A stretch of 32,000 nt of DNA from Acaryochloris marina S15. GTDB taxonomy: Bacteria; Cyanobacteriota; Cyanobacteriia; Thermosynechococcales; Thermosynechococcaceae. Positions 15,017 through 24,066 of the stretch are shown here, in pieces (positions within the stretch are counted from its first letter, which is position 1; every line of letters begins with the position of its first letter). The stretch covers positions 5,760,001 through 5,792,000 of the forward strand of contig NZ_CP064923.1 of NCBI RefSeq assembly GCF_018336915.1, given 5' to 3'. Position numbers and translations under genes: made by a program. The notes below the pieces were generated by a model. It made no database searches. It saw only the letters and a program-made list of their open reading frames with translations, and was not told where the DNA came from.

Positions 15017-16996
15017 CTAGAAATTCTCTTTTCGGTAAGAAAATTTATGGTGATAGCATTTGCGTCTTAAGGTCCCAGATAATCCTCTGGGGCCGCAATA
15101 GTAAACATCGACAGGTTCGGTTGGATATTTCTCCTTTAATTGGGTAAAAATTTGATCCCAATTGGGTCGACCCGCTTGAGTTTGATTCTTTAAACCCGTA
15201 ATTAAATCAACCTGATGCTCTTGATGGAGTAAGTCAAAGGCGGCGTATGCAGTTATAAACTGCATATTGGTGTCTTTGGGTGCACCGGTTAAATACAAAT
15301 TGAGATCAAATAAATCAAAACTATCTTCGGCTTCCAGTTTTTGCAGCATCTCCAATAACCATTCAAACGAATCTTGAGTGCGATTAAACCAATAGAAGTG
15401 GACCTTCTTGAGCTGAAGAAGAGATGACTCAGCCTGACGCTGATGCAAGATACTTTGTAGTAAAGAGGCATAGGGAGTCACTCCAATACCTCCAGCAATT
15501 AAAACAGCATATTCTGATTGATAGATATGGCTACTAGGACTGTGATAAGGGCCATCTAAATAGACTGGGATTTTTGGCAAAGTAGTCTGGCCATTCCGTT
15601 TTTCTGTGAAATCTCGAAATTGACTATATAGAGTACCTGTCCAGCTCCCTAGCGCTCGTATATGTAAAGATAATGCGTCTTCTCGTTCAGGTGGACTGCT
15701 AATCGTAAAGGGATGCCATTCATAGGTTGAAATCTGGGGACATCGTAAGTAGAGATAGTCAGACGCTTTGAACGTGAAGTCGTGGGGGCGGGCAATTTCT
15801 AACCCTAAGACTTGACTAGGTAAAACTTGAGCATTCACGACATGGGTTTGTTGTGTGCTCCGACGATACCGAATAACTTGCTCAACCAGAAAAGCGCCAA
15901 TGGATACAGCCGCCCACTTATAAAAATGAGGGCCATGTAGGAACATCAGCACTATCCAAGGGATATACGCTAAATGCATGGTGAAAAAGAGATTAAATTT
16001 TCCTTTCTCTCGAATGAAGGGCAGGGCAGTAAACCACATTAACAACAGCAATAGCATCAGCAATAAGCCGGTCCATCCTGAACCATAGAATAAGAAGAGA
16101 TGAACAGGATAATCAATCTGAAAGGCTGCTGTGTCTAAAGAGTGATTATTGAGATGAGCCACGGTATGGACAAGACCTAAAGCAAAAATCACTTGGCCAA
16201 CCAGCTTATGGAATGCCAGATGTTCATCAATAGGCAAATAGTCATTAAGCTTGGTTTTTCTAAGCCATGTCATCCAACGCCGCATAATTGGCACTAGGAT
16301 CAATGCACCATTAAAGTTAAGTGCTAATCCACAGCCCCGAGCAATTCGATACCAAACAGTATTGAGCCTATACTGAGTCAAATGGTAGGCGTGAAAAAAT
16401 AGAGCAATATTGATACCAGAATACAGCGTTAGAAATAGAATCTTAATCCAATTATTTTGAACATAATGCCATCGTTGTAGCCAATATTCTGGATGGCTTT
16501 GTGCATTGGAGCTGTTAGAAGTGGGCTGCAACCATTGTGCTGGACTTACAGATAAGATGTCTTTCAGTCGCGGAGATTGACTTAGTAAGTCCTGAAATTC
16601 TGATAACGATATTTCTTGGTTTTGATTAGTATCTGCTTTCTCAAATAGAATATCTCTGACTTGCTGCAATTTCGCAGTTGAGAGATCAAAGTTTCCCTCT
16701 CTCAAGCTACTTCGAATAAATTTTGTGAGTTCTGGCTTATCGATGCAGCCATCATCATTTCCATCATGGAGTTGAAAGGCAAATTCGAGTGGGTTTTCCT
16801 GAGCTTTATGGATGCCTTTCTGGAATTCTTGAAAAGTAATACCTTGAGTTTGATCAATGTCAAAAATATGAAAGAGACGCTCGCATAAATACTTATTTGT
16901 CAACTCAAACGCGATTTGGAACTCTTCAATCGTGAGTCTAAGATCATCACCAGCATACTCTTGAAACTTCTGTTCTAAGTTTTCGAGATTATTCAT
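15017..16996 (-). CDS. NOX5-type NADPH oxidase: EF-hand domain, 6-TM ferric-reductase (bis-heme) domain and FAD/NADPH dehydrogenase domain
   Basis: The EF-hand loops are DIDQTQGITFQE, HDGNDDGCIDKPE and DTNQNQEISLSE. The heme His pairs are FHKLVGQVIFALGLVH (His-His spacing 14) and MHLAYIPWIVLMFLH (spacing 13), as in NOX2 H101/H115 and H209/H222. It also has HPFTISS (FAD), IAGGIGVTP (NADPH), YYCGP and a C-terminal KENF. I prefer the start at 16996 (MNNLENLEQ). The maximal ORF to 17080 overlaps the upstream gene. Confidence 0.85.
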   Translation of the reverse strand: MNNLENLEQKFQEYAGDDLRLTIEEFQIAFELTNKYLCERLFHIFDIDQTQGITFQEFQKGIHKAQENPLEFAFQLHDGNDDGCIDKPELTKFIRSSLREGNFDLSTAKLQQVRDILFEKADTNQNQEISLSEFQDLLSQSPRLKDILSVSPAQWLQPTSNSSNAQSHPEYWLQRWHYVQNNWIKILFLTLYSGINIALFFHAYHLTQYRLNTVWYRIARGCGLALNFNGALILVPIMRRWMTWLRKTKLNDYLPIDEHLAFHKLVGQVIFALGLVHTVAHLNNHSLDTAAFQIDYPVHLFLFYGSGWTGLLLMLLLLLMWFTALPFIREKGKFNLFFTMHLAYIPWIVLMFLHGPHFYKWAAVSIGAFLVEQVIRYRRSTQQTHVVNAQVLPSQVLGLEIARPHDFTFKASDYLYLRCPQISTYEWHPFTISSPPEREDALSLHIRALGSWTGTLYSQFRDFTEKRNGQTTLPKIPVYLDGPYHSPSSHIYQSEYAVLIAGGIGVTPYASLLQSILHQRQAESSLLQLKKVHFYWFNRTQDSFEWLLEMLQKLEAEDSFDLFDLNLYLTGAPKDTNMQFITAYAAFDLLHQEHQVDLITGLKNQTQAGRPNWDQIFTQLKEKYPTEPVDVYYCGPRGLSGTLRRKCYHHKFSYRKENF

Positions 16997-17021
16997 GGTT
17001 TGGCTGAAAAGAACGCTTGAT

Positions 17022-18473
17022 TTATGGCAACCATTGTGGATTGATGCCAGATCCAACGGAGTAGGGCTGCTGACTGCCACCAGTCATTAACGGTAAAATC
17101 CAGAGATTACTTGTGTTGACTGAATTGGTCTGATCAATCTTGGCACTGTCAGGGCTGGCTTCAATGGCTTGGTCGAATAGCAATGCTGAACTATCTGGAG
17201 CAAGATCCATACTGGTATCACGCTTGGGTAGATTTAAAAGCCTAGTTTCTTTTTGGGTGGCTAAGTCGATCGTTGCAAGATATGGGGTTTCTACATACTC
17301 CTCGCCATTGCCAACCTGAGTGAGCAAGCAGTAAAGCAACTGTTTTTTAGGGCTAAAGATGGCTCTAATAATTGAGCCGGTTGTCTTGAGCAGTTCGGTT
17401 TGCTGGCCCTGAGTCGTGACTAAAAACAAAGACTTCGTGAAATCGGGGTTGAATTTGAGCATCGTAGCGGCTGATCCGTCGCTAGCAAAACTTAAAACCA
17501 TCCCAAATTTAGGCAGAAACTCCAAGGGCTGATCATTTACACTGCCCTCTAGGGGTAAAATTGCCAGTCCTTGTCCTTGGGCAATCACTAGTGAGCGACT
17601 ATCAGGGGCAATCATGAAATCGCCCCCTTGGACATTCTCTAATAGTTGGATTGATTTGCCTATGGGGAGCTGCCAAAGACTGACCTGGCCTGGAGTTGCT
17701 CCATTTTTTGGAACCCGTTGGACAACAATTCGACTGCCGTTTGCAGCAAGGTCAAATTTGAGGATTTGATATTGCTGGTTATCCAAGACTTGTTCAATTT
17801 CGCCTGCAGGTTTTTGAGGACCGCTGTCTAGATCGGGAGGATTGGCATATAACCCTGTAGTGACAGTGTAGAGTTTGGGGTCAAACTCTCCTCCGGATGC
17901 AATACTTTTGGCAGTGGCGGAGAATAAAATGCGATCGCCATAGGGATACGGTTTAAATTCTGTGACGACTAGGTCGGCAGGCGTAAGAATAGCTTTTTGG
18001 TCTTGGGTTAAATTATTGAGAATCAACCGCCCTGACTCTTCCCCATTAACACCGATGTATACATAGGCGCGATCGCGACTTCGAAACGTCCCCGAAAATG
18101 GCTGCATCACCTTGGGTTGGGCATTGGGGTTCCGGCGAGCTTCTTCCACTTGGTTCAGCTGCACTTGGAATTCAGTGCCATAGGGGATGGGTTCGGTCAG
18201 GGTATAGGCGAGTCGTCGACCGGACCAGCTCACTTTTCCCGGTAGATTGGGCGTTAAGGTGAGGTGTTCTTCAACACTCGACCAATCCATGGTGCGATTA
18301 AACGACAAGATAAAGGCTGTATCTTCAATACCAACCTGTTTATCTTGCCAATTAAAGTCTCGAACCATTGGCACAGTATGGTCACCCCCCAGGATGATGA
18401 AACTGATTAGGGCTGTGAGAATTACCATCACGGTAATGGCAACACGATCAAGGGGGTGAGGCCGGTGCTTCAT
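17022..18473 (-). CDS. Membrane-anchored periplasmic protein with an Ig-like domain and TolB-like PD40 beta-propeller repeats
   Basis: 483 aa with an N-terminal TM (VAITVMVILTALISFIILGG). The Ig-like stretch is AFILSFNRTMDWSSVEEHLTLTPNLPGKVSWSGRRLAYTL. The repeated PD40-like strands are IAPDSRSLV, LAPDSSALLF, FSPKKQLLY and LAANGSRIV. Confidence 0.55.
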   Translation of the reverse strand: MKHRPHPLDRVAITVMVILTALISFIILGGDHTVPMVRDFNWQDKQVGIEDTAFILSFNRTMDWSSVEEHLTLTPNLPGKVSWSGRRLAYTLTEPIPYGTEFQVQLNQVEEARRNPNAQPKVMQPFSGTFRSRDRAYVYIGVNGEESGRLILNNLTQDQKAILTPADLVVTEFKPYPYGDRILFSATAKSIASGGEFDPKLYTVTTGLYANPPDLDSGPQKPAGEIEQVLDNQQYQILKFDLAANGSRIVVQRVPKNGATPGQVSLWQLPIGKSIQLLENVQGGDFMIAPDSRSLVIAQGQGLAILPLEGSVNDQPLEFLPKFGMVLSFASDGSAATMLKFNPDFTKSLFLVTTQGQQTELLKTTGSIIRAIFSPKKQLLYCLLTQVGNGEEYVETPYLATIDLATQKETRLLNLPKRDTSMDLAPDSSALLFDQAIEASPDSAKIDQTNSVNTSNLWILPLMTGGSQQPYSVGSGINPQWLP

Positions 18474-18566
18474 AGGGTTGAGATCAGACGGCTAGCCAGC
18501 TCTGGGTAGAGTTCTAGTCTAGTCCAGGCTTGTAAGAAGTGACGTATCAAATGGATGCCCCAGACC

Positions 18567-19343
18567 TTACATGCCCATGATTGAATAGCCTGAATCGACG
18601 TAGAGAATCTGTCCGGTCATGCCCGTCGATAAATCACTACAGAGGAAGGCCGCGGTGTTGCCGACTTCTGTTTGGGTAACGGTTCGCTTGAGGGGGGCGA
18701 TTTCTTCCACATGGTGAATCATATCTAAAATTCCACCCACGGCAGAGGAGGCTAAGGTTCTGATCGGTCCTGCTGAAATTCCATTGACGCGGATATTTTG
18801 GGGGCCCATTTCTGCAGCTAAATAGCGAACATTCATTTCTAAGGCTGCTTTGGCAATTCCCATAACGTTGTAATTGGGAACGACTCTAGCTCCTCCCAAG
18901 TAAGTCAACGTGACAATGCTGCCGCCGTCTGTCATTAGAGGCTTGGCGGCTGCGCTCAATTGCACAAGAGAGTAGGCGCTGACATCCAATGCCAGATTGA
19001 AATTGTCTTGTTGGACAGCGCTAAAATCACCCCCTAAATCGTCTCGGTTGGCAAAGGCCAAACAGTGAATCAGGATATCTAACTTGCCCCACTGTTGCTG
19101 AATGGAATTAAACGTGGCGTCTACTTGAGCTTGATCTTGGACATTACAAGGTAAAAACAAGCTAGGGGAAAGGGGGTCAACCAGTTTTTTAACTTTTGAC
19201 TCGTTCCGTCCCTTCTCATCGGGTAGATAAGTAATCCCCAGATTGGCCCCCGCACTGTGGAGTTGTTGGGCAATGCCCCAAGCAATGGACCGGTTATTGG
19301 CAATTCCAGTGACCAGGGCGTTTTTTCCAGTTAAATCAAGCAT
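18567..19343 (-). CDS. fabI: Enoyl-[acyl-carrier-protein] reductase (NADH), FabI
   Basis: 258 aa. MLDLTGKNALVTGIANNRSIAWGIA is the FabI N-terminus, with the SDR Y-x6-K region (MGIAKAALE). Confidence 0.92.
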   Translation of the reverse strand: MLDLTGKNALVTGIANNRSIAWGIAQQLHSAGANLGITYLPDEKGRNESKVKKLVDPLSPSLFLPCNVQDQAQVDATFNSIQQQWGKLDILIHCLAFANRDDLGGDFSAVQQDNFNLALDVSAYSLVQLSAAAKPLMTDGGSIVTLTYLGGARVVPNYNVMGIAKAALEMNVRYLAAEMGPQNIRVNGISAGPIRTLASSAVGGILDMIHHVEEIAPLKRTVTQTEVGNTAAFLCSDLSTGMTGQILYVDSGYSIMGM

Positions 19344-19495
19344 GAAGATCAGTTGAATAGAAGTATGACAAGCCAGGGGAAGGATGCGGTCAACAAAAGC
19401 CTGAACCTTGACTCCAGTTCTAGCTTAGAACGAGTTGTGAGCAAAACTGATATCTTTGCAATTGAGGGCTTTTTATGAAGGCAGTTTTTATATAT

Positions 19496-19509
19496 GTATA
19501 TTTTGATAC
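19496..19509 (+). promoter_or_regulatory. NtcA box (GTATATTTTGATAC) of an NtcA-activated-type promoter upstream of ntcA
   Basis: It is an exact GTA-N8-TAC. A TAATTT (TAN3T -10 box) lies at 19533-19538, 23 nt downstream. The ntcA ATG is at 19686. Confidence 0.6.
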
Positions 19510-19685
19510 ATAAAGAAACCCATCAGTCCGCTTAATTTATGTAAACCACACTTTTTGATAAATCTGACTTTGATAAAAATCCTAAGGTTGTAGGAGTGAC
19601 TTTAATTTCATCATTTTATTTCAAAATCAAACATTGATTTTTTTTGCTTGTCTCTTCCTAAACATCTTTTGTATCTAGTCAGGGT

Positions 19686-20387
19686 ATGAGTATGTTAATG
19701 GCCTCGCCTCCAGCTAATCGATTAACTCCCGAAAATCCCCTTGCAGCCGTTTTTCGGCAGATGGGAAGTGGACTATTCCCCCCCGTCACTGAAACCTTTG
19801 ATCGAGGGAAAACGATTTTTTTCCCAGGTGATCCAGCCGAGCGCGTTTATTTTTTAATTAAAGGAGCGGTTAAACTTTCCCGCGTGTATGAAGCGGGTGA
19901 AGAAATCACCGTAGCGCTGCTCCGAGAAAATAGTGTTTTTGGCGTGTTATCGCTACTGACGAAGCAGCGTTCTGATCGCTTCTACCATGCAGTTGCCTTT
20001 ACCCCCGTTGAACTCCTCTCTGTTCCTATTGAGCAGGTGGAAAAAGCGCTGCAAAGTGATCCCGATTTACCGATGGTGTTGCTGCGGGGTTTGTCCTCTC
20101 GGATTATTCAAACCGAGATGATGATTGAAACCTTGGCCCACCGGGATATGGAATCTCGGTTAATCAGTTTTCTGCTGATTCTCTGCCGTGATTTTGGAAT
20201 TCCCAATGGTAGTGGGATTACAGTAGACCTAAAATTGTCTCACCAAGCGATCGCAGAAGCGATTGGCTCCACCCGAGTGACGGTGACCCGCTTGCTTGGG
20301 GATCTGCGCGATCAGGAAAAAATTTCCATTCACAAGAAAAAGATCACGGTTCACGATCCGGTGATGCTCGGGCAGAGCTTTGCCTAG
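19686..20387 (+). CDS. ntcA: Global nitrogen regulator NtcA (CRP/FNR family)
   Basis: 233 aa. [46 protein letters not shown] and the DNA-binding helix [15 protein letters not shown] are near-invariant NtcA sequences. Confidence 0.95.
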   Translation: MSMLMASPPANRLTPENPLAAVFRQMGSGLFPPVTETFDRGKTIFFPGDPAERVYFLIKGAVKLSRVYEAGEEITVALLRENSVFGVLSLLTKQRSDRFYHAVAFTPVELLSVPIEQVEKALQSDPDLPMVLLRGLSSRIIQTEMMIETLAHRDMESRLISFLLILCRDFGIPNGSGITVDLKLSHQAIAEAIGSTRVTVTRLLGDLRDQEKISIHKKKITVHDPVMLGQSFA

Positions 20388-20405
20388 AGTTCTCCGTCTA
20401 AACAG

Positions 20406-22007
20406 CTAGGGCTTGTAAAGACGATTGGATAAACCGAGGAGTTGTCTCTCCTTCTGGGCAGCTACTGCGGTGGTCTGAACGGGGTTGAAGGTGAGGGTTG
20501 GTGATTGACCCCTGGCTTCTAGTAAGGCCGTTTCTGACTGCAATGCTTTTAAGATGGCAGTTTGATGCTCTTTCAGCCATTTATATTGACTCCACTCCTT
20601 GTCGTCCGTGGCGGCGGCAATAGCGTCTGCGTAATGATATAAATCTGCCAGCTGCTGAACTTTGGGTTGGGCTTGTGAATTGGCTGTTTGCCAGCGCTTT
20701 AAATACTCGGCGATCACGTCCTGATAGTCTTCTGTTTGCTTATACCGTTTTTTCCACCCCTTGAAGTTTTGGGTGGTCTCTTTGAGGTCTGTTGCTTTTT
20801 TGGGATCGGTTTCTTCTGTTGGAGACGTTTGAGCCATAAAAGGTTGGCCAAGGCTGGCCATCTGCGTGGGCTGGGTGGGTAGCGAGAAACTTTGACTGCT
20901 GGTCTTCTGCATTAAGGTCCAGCCCATTTTGGCGAGGGTGACCTTTTCTGGAGGGGCTGTTTTGGAGGTCGTCCGGATAAAGCGAATTTCTGAAAACGCA
21001 TAGCCGACGAGATTGGGATCATCGGGAATGGCTAAGGGGGGGGCGGTATCGTCGTAATCCGTTTCAATACGGTTGCCTGCGGTATCTGCGATCGCAACAA
21101 TGCGACCCATGGTATCGCGCTTCACCTGATACTTTTCCGGTACGGCAATCTGGATTTCGGTGCGGCTATAGCCGGAGGGTAAATACCGAATAAAAAATCC
21201 ATTGGGGTGATAGGACCATCGCCCTTGGGGCACTTTTCGATCTTTGGCATCCGCCTTAGGGTTGCCGGATTGAACCGCAATTTTTGCTAGATCGCCATAG
21301 CTTTTCTTTTGGGCGAGGGCTGCTCGCATGCTAGCTTCGGCCTCTACAGTGGTGAGGGCGTCTGCGGGCACATTGGTAAAAATCGCTTCTTTTTGATCGG
21401 CTGGAATCAGGCCCAAGGCTTGCTGATTCAGGGTTTTAATCTCTTCAGCAGTAAGGAGTTGTTTTGCAGTGGCCTGCAATTCCTTAGACAGGCCTTTGAT
21501 TTCTGCACGCGAGAGGATGGCCCAAATTAACGTCTGGATTTGGGATTGAGGGATATCGGGCAACGTTGCAGCCTGTTGTAGCATGCGACCAATGAGTGCT
21601 TGATTATTCTCCACCAAGGAGGCCGATAGATACCCATTGCGTTTACCAGGGCTATAGGAGCCCACCTGGAGGCTGTAACTTTCGACTTCTAGGGTATAAA
21701 GGCCGGGCTTGAGCTGGAAATTACCGTTGGCATCTTGCGAAAGATCTGTCAGGGGCTGCATGTCCTTAGGCTGCCAATCATCGAACAGCACGACTTCAGG
21801 ATAGGCTTTGGCTAAGGATGTTGTAATCGGGGGGGATGGGTTAATTAAATCGTCAGCAGTGGGAACGGGTAAGCCGCGAGGCTTGAACTGATTGGCCTCT
21901 GGTGCCTTAGGAACCTCTACAGGTAAGCCAAATTGAGCAATTGCCCCCGTCGGTATTAACGCCAATGTCGGTAAGGCGAAGAGTCCTAATGTTAACAATG
22001 CTTTCAT
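20406..22007 (-). CDS. Large hypothetical secreted protein
   Basis: I prefer the ATG at 22007 (MKALLTLGLFALPTLALIPTGAIAQ signal peptide). The ORF-track TTG start is at 22043. About 533 aa. No family recognised. Confidence 0.55.
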   Translation of the reverse strand: MKALLTLGLFALPTLALIPTGAIAQFGLPVEVPKAPEANQFKPRGLPVPTADDLINPSPPITTSLAKAYPEVVLFDDWQPKDMQPLTDLSQDANGNFQLKPGLYTLEVESYSLQVGSYSPGKRNGYLSASLVENNQALIGRMLQQAATLPDIPQSQIQTLIWAILSRAEIKGLSKELQATAKQLLTAEEIKTLNQQALGLIPADQKEAIFTNVPADALTTVEAEASMRAALAQKKSYGDLAKIAVQSGNPKADAKDRKVPQGRWSYHPNGFFIRYLPSGYSRTEIQIAVPEKYQVKRDTMGRIVAIADTAGNRIETDYDDTAPPLAIPDDPNLVGYAFSEIRFIRTTSKTAPPEKVTLAKMGWTLMQKTSSQSFSLPTQPTQMASLGQPFMAQTSPTEETDPKKATDLKETTQNFKGWKKRYKQTEDYQDVIAEYLKRWQTANSQAQPKVQQLADLYHYADAIAAATDDKEWSQYKWLKEHQTAILKALQSETALLEARGQSPTLTFNPVQTTAVAAQKERQLLGLSNRLYKP

Positions 22008-22054
22008 CAATTTTGAATCCCCCAACAAACTCTTAATTAGCAAGCATAGGAAAT

Positions 22055-22079
22055 AACCTCATGCAGTCTGCATGAGGTT
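22055..22079 (-). terminator. Perfect 11-bp stem / 3-nt loop hairpin (AACCTCATGCA-GAC-TGCATGAGGTT). It could be a terminator after aroE or a 5'-UTR structure of the downstream secreted-protein gene.
   Basis: The inverted repeat was read directly. On the minus strand it is followed by ATTTCCTAT, which is only a weak U tract. It lies about 155 nt downstream of the aroE stop and 48 nt upstream of the ATG at 22007. Confidence 0.35.
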
Positions 22080-22234
22080 GTCATAACTAACTATTTAGGT
22101 TAGTTTGCCCATCCATCGTCGAGATTGAGCAACTTTAATTAAAGAATTCGCTTATTTTTTCGTGAATAAAGGCTAAATCAGCCTATTTTTCTGCTTAGAG
22201 AATTAAATAGACAGCCTTGAGTCTTCAACCAGGC

Positions 22235-23113
22235 TTAAGTAAAACAGGCCAGCAGTGCCTCTCGCATAATGTCTACAGGAGCCGGTTGATTGATCCACAG
22301 GGATAGGGCGGCAGCTCCTTGCTGAACCAGCATTTCTACGCCTGTAATGGCGATGCGGCCACTGGATTGAGTCTTTTCCAGCAATAAAGTGGGATTGGGG
22401 GTGTAAATCAAATCATAGACAATGGCATCCTGGGGCAGCTGATCTATATCTGCTGTGGAGAGGGGAGATGCTTGGGTATGGGGAGACATCCCTACAGGGG
22501 TGGTGTTGATCAGCAAAGCTGCTAGGGGCAATAGACGGGGCAGATTCTCCCAAAGATGAATTTGAATATCAATAGACAGGGTCGCGGCACAGGTGGTCCG
22601 CAGTTGTTCTAATTTGGCACTTTGGCGACCAATGATATGAACTTGTGGGCAGCCCAGCTGAGCACAACCCGCTAACACCGCTCGGGCAGCGCCACCACAC
22701 CCTAGGATGCAGGGGGTGACAGTAGACCAATCTCGATTGAGCGGCTGTAAAGGTGATAAGAATCCTTCCACATCCGTGTTGGTGCCTGCCCAACCTGTAT
22801 CGGTGGGCCAAACGGTATTGACGGCACCTACGGCTTTGGCGATGGCTGTTGTTTCCGTCAGCAAGGGCATAATCGCTTGCTTGTGGGGGATGGTGATATT
22901 AAAACCACAGCATCCCAGCTCCCTTAAGCTTGAGACCACAGCAGGGAGGGCATTGGCGGTAACCGGAAAAGGGATGTAGACATACTCCAGAAAATGGTGA
23001 TGCTGGGTCGCTAATGCTTTGAGAGCAGCATTGTGAATCACTGGGGATAAAGAATGTTCCACGGGATGACCCATGACGCCCAGCAATTTTGTGGCACCCG
23101 TAATCTGAACCAT
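22235..23113 (-). CDS. aroE: Shikimate dehydrogenase
   Basis: 292 aa. LGVMGHPVEHSLSPVIHNAA, NITIPHK and GAVNT are AroE hallmarks. Confidence 0.9.
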   Translation of the reverse strand: MVQITGATKLLGVMGHPVEHSLSPVIHNAALKALATQHHHFLEYVYIPFPVTANALPAVVSSLRELGCCGFNITIPHKQAIMPLLTETTAIAKAVGAVNTVWPTDTGWAGTNTDVEGFLSPLQPLNRDWSTVTPCILGCGGAARAVLAGCAQLGCPQVHIIGRQSAKLEQLRTTCAATLSIDIQIHLWENLPRLLPLAALLINTTPVGMSPHTQASPLSTADIDQLPQDAIVYDLIYTPNPTLLLEKTQSSGRIAITGVEMLVQQGAAALSLWINQPAPVDIMREALLACFT

Positions 23114-23176
23114 GTCTTGGCAACCGCTATGAATTGGATCTTGAATTGAAGGCGCTTTAAGGGCGCTTCTAGGAGG

Positions 23177-23533
<357 letters not shown>

Positions 23534-23617
23534 TTAGCACAAGATTAATGTAATGAATAATCTGAGATTAACGAACGAACTTTATGGAAATATCATCATT
23601 TTCACAAAAGAAAATTT

Positions 23618-23631
23618 GTATGCCAGGCTAC
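23618..23631 (-). promoter_or_regulatory. NtcA box (GTATGCCAGGCTAC / GTAGCCTGGCATAC) upstream of glnB
   Basis: It is an exact GTA-N8-TAC, 103-116 nt upstream of the glnB ATG. On the minus strand a TGATATTTC (possible extended -10) begins about 23 nt downstream. No clean TAN3T is present at the canonical spacing. Confidence 0.5.
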
Positions 23632-24066
23632 TAAAGTAAATTATGGCTCCCAGAAGCCTGGGGCCTGAACTGTGCACAGTATGGCCAGTAGGATGATGCT
23701 TGAAATTTTAGAATGCTGATGACCGATCCGGCAATTTTCCTTGGCGGCAGGTTTGTGCAGGCGAGATCAAAGGCGAATAGATTTCTGGCAAATACTGTCA
23801 AATCAGTAGACATATGATGACAATGGTTAAAGTTACCCCATGAACGTCTATGTCATTCTGTGACTAGCTTTAGCGATTTAGATTTTGGGTTTCTATCGGC
23901 CACTTAATAAGAATATGTTGCAGAAACTATCCCACTGCAGAGACAATGAAAAGAATTAACATGACCTATCTTTCTTAGAAGCTGTGAAGGTGAGCTGAAC
24001 CATTCTTCCATTTTTGGATTGATCATTAGGGTCTGTGTCCATACCTTTTCCCGTGTTGTGTCTTTC

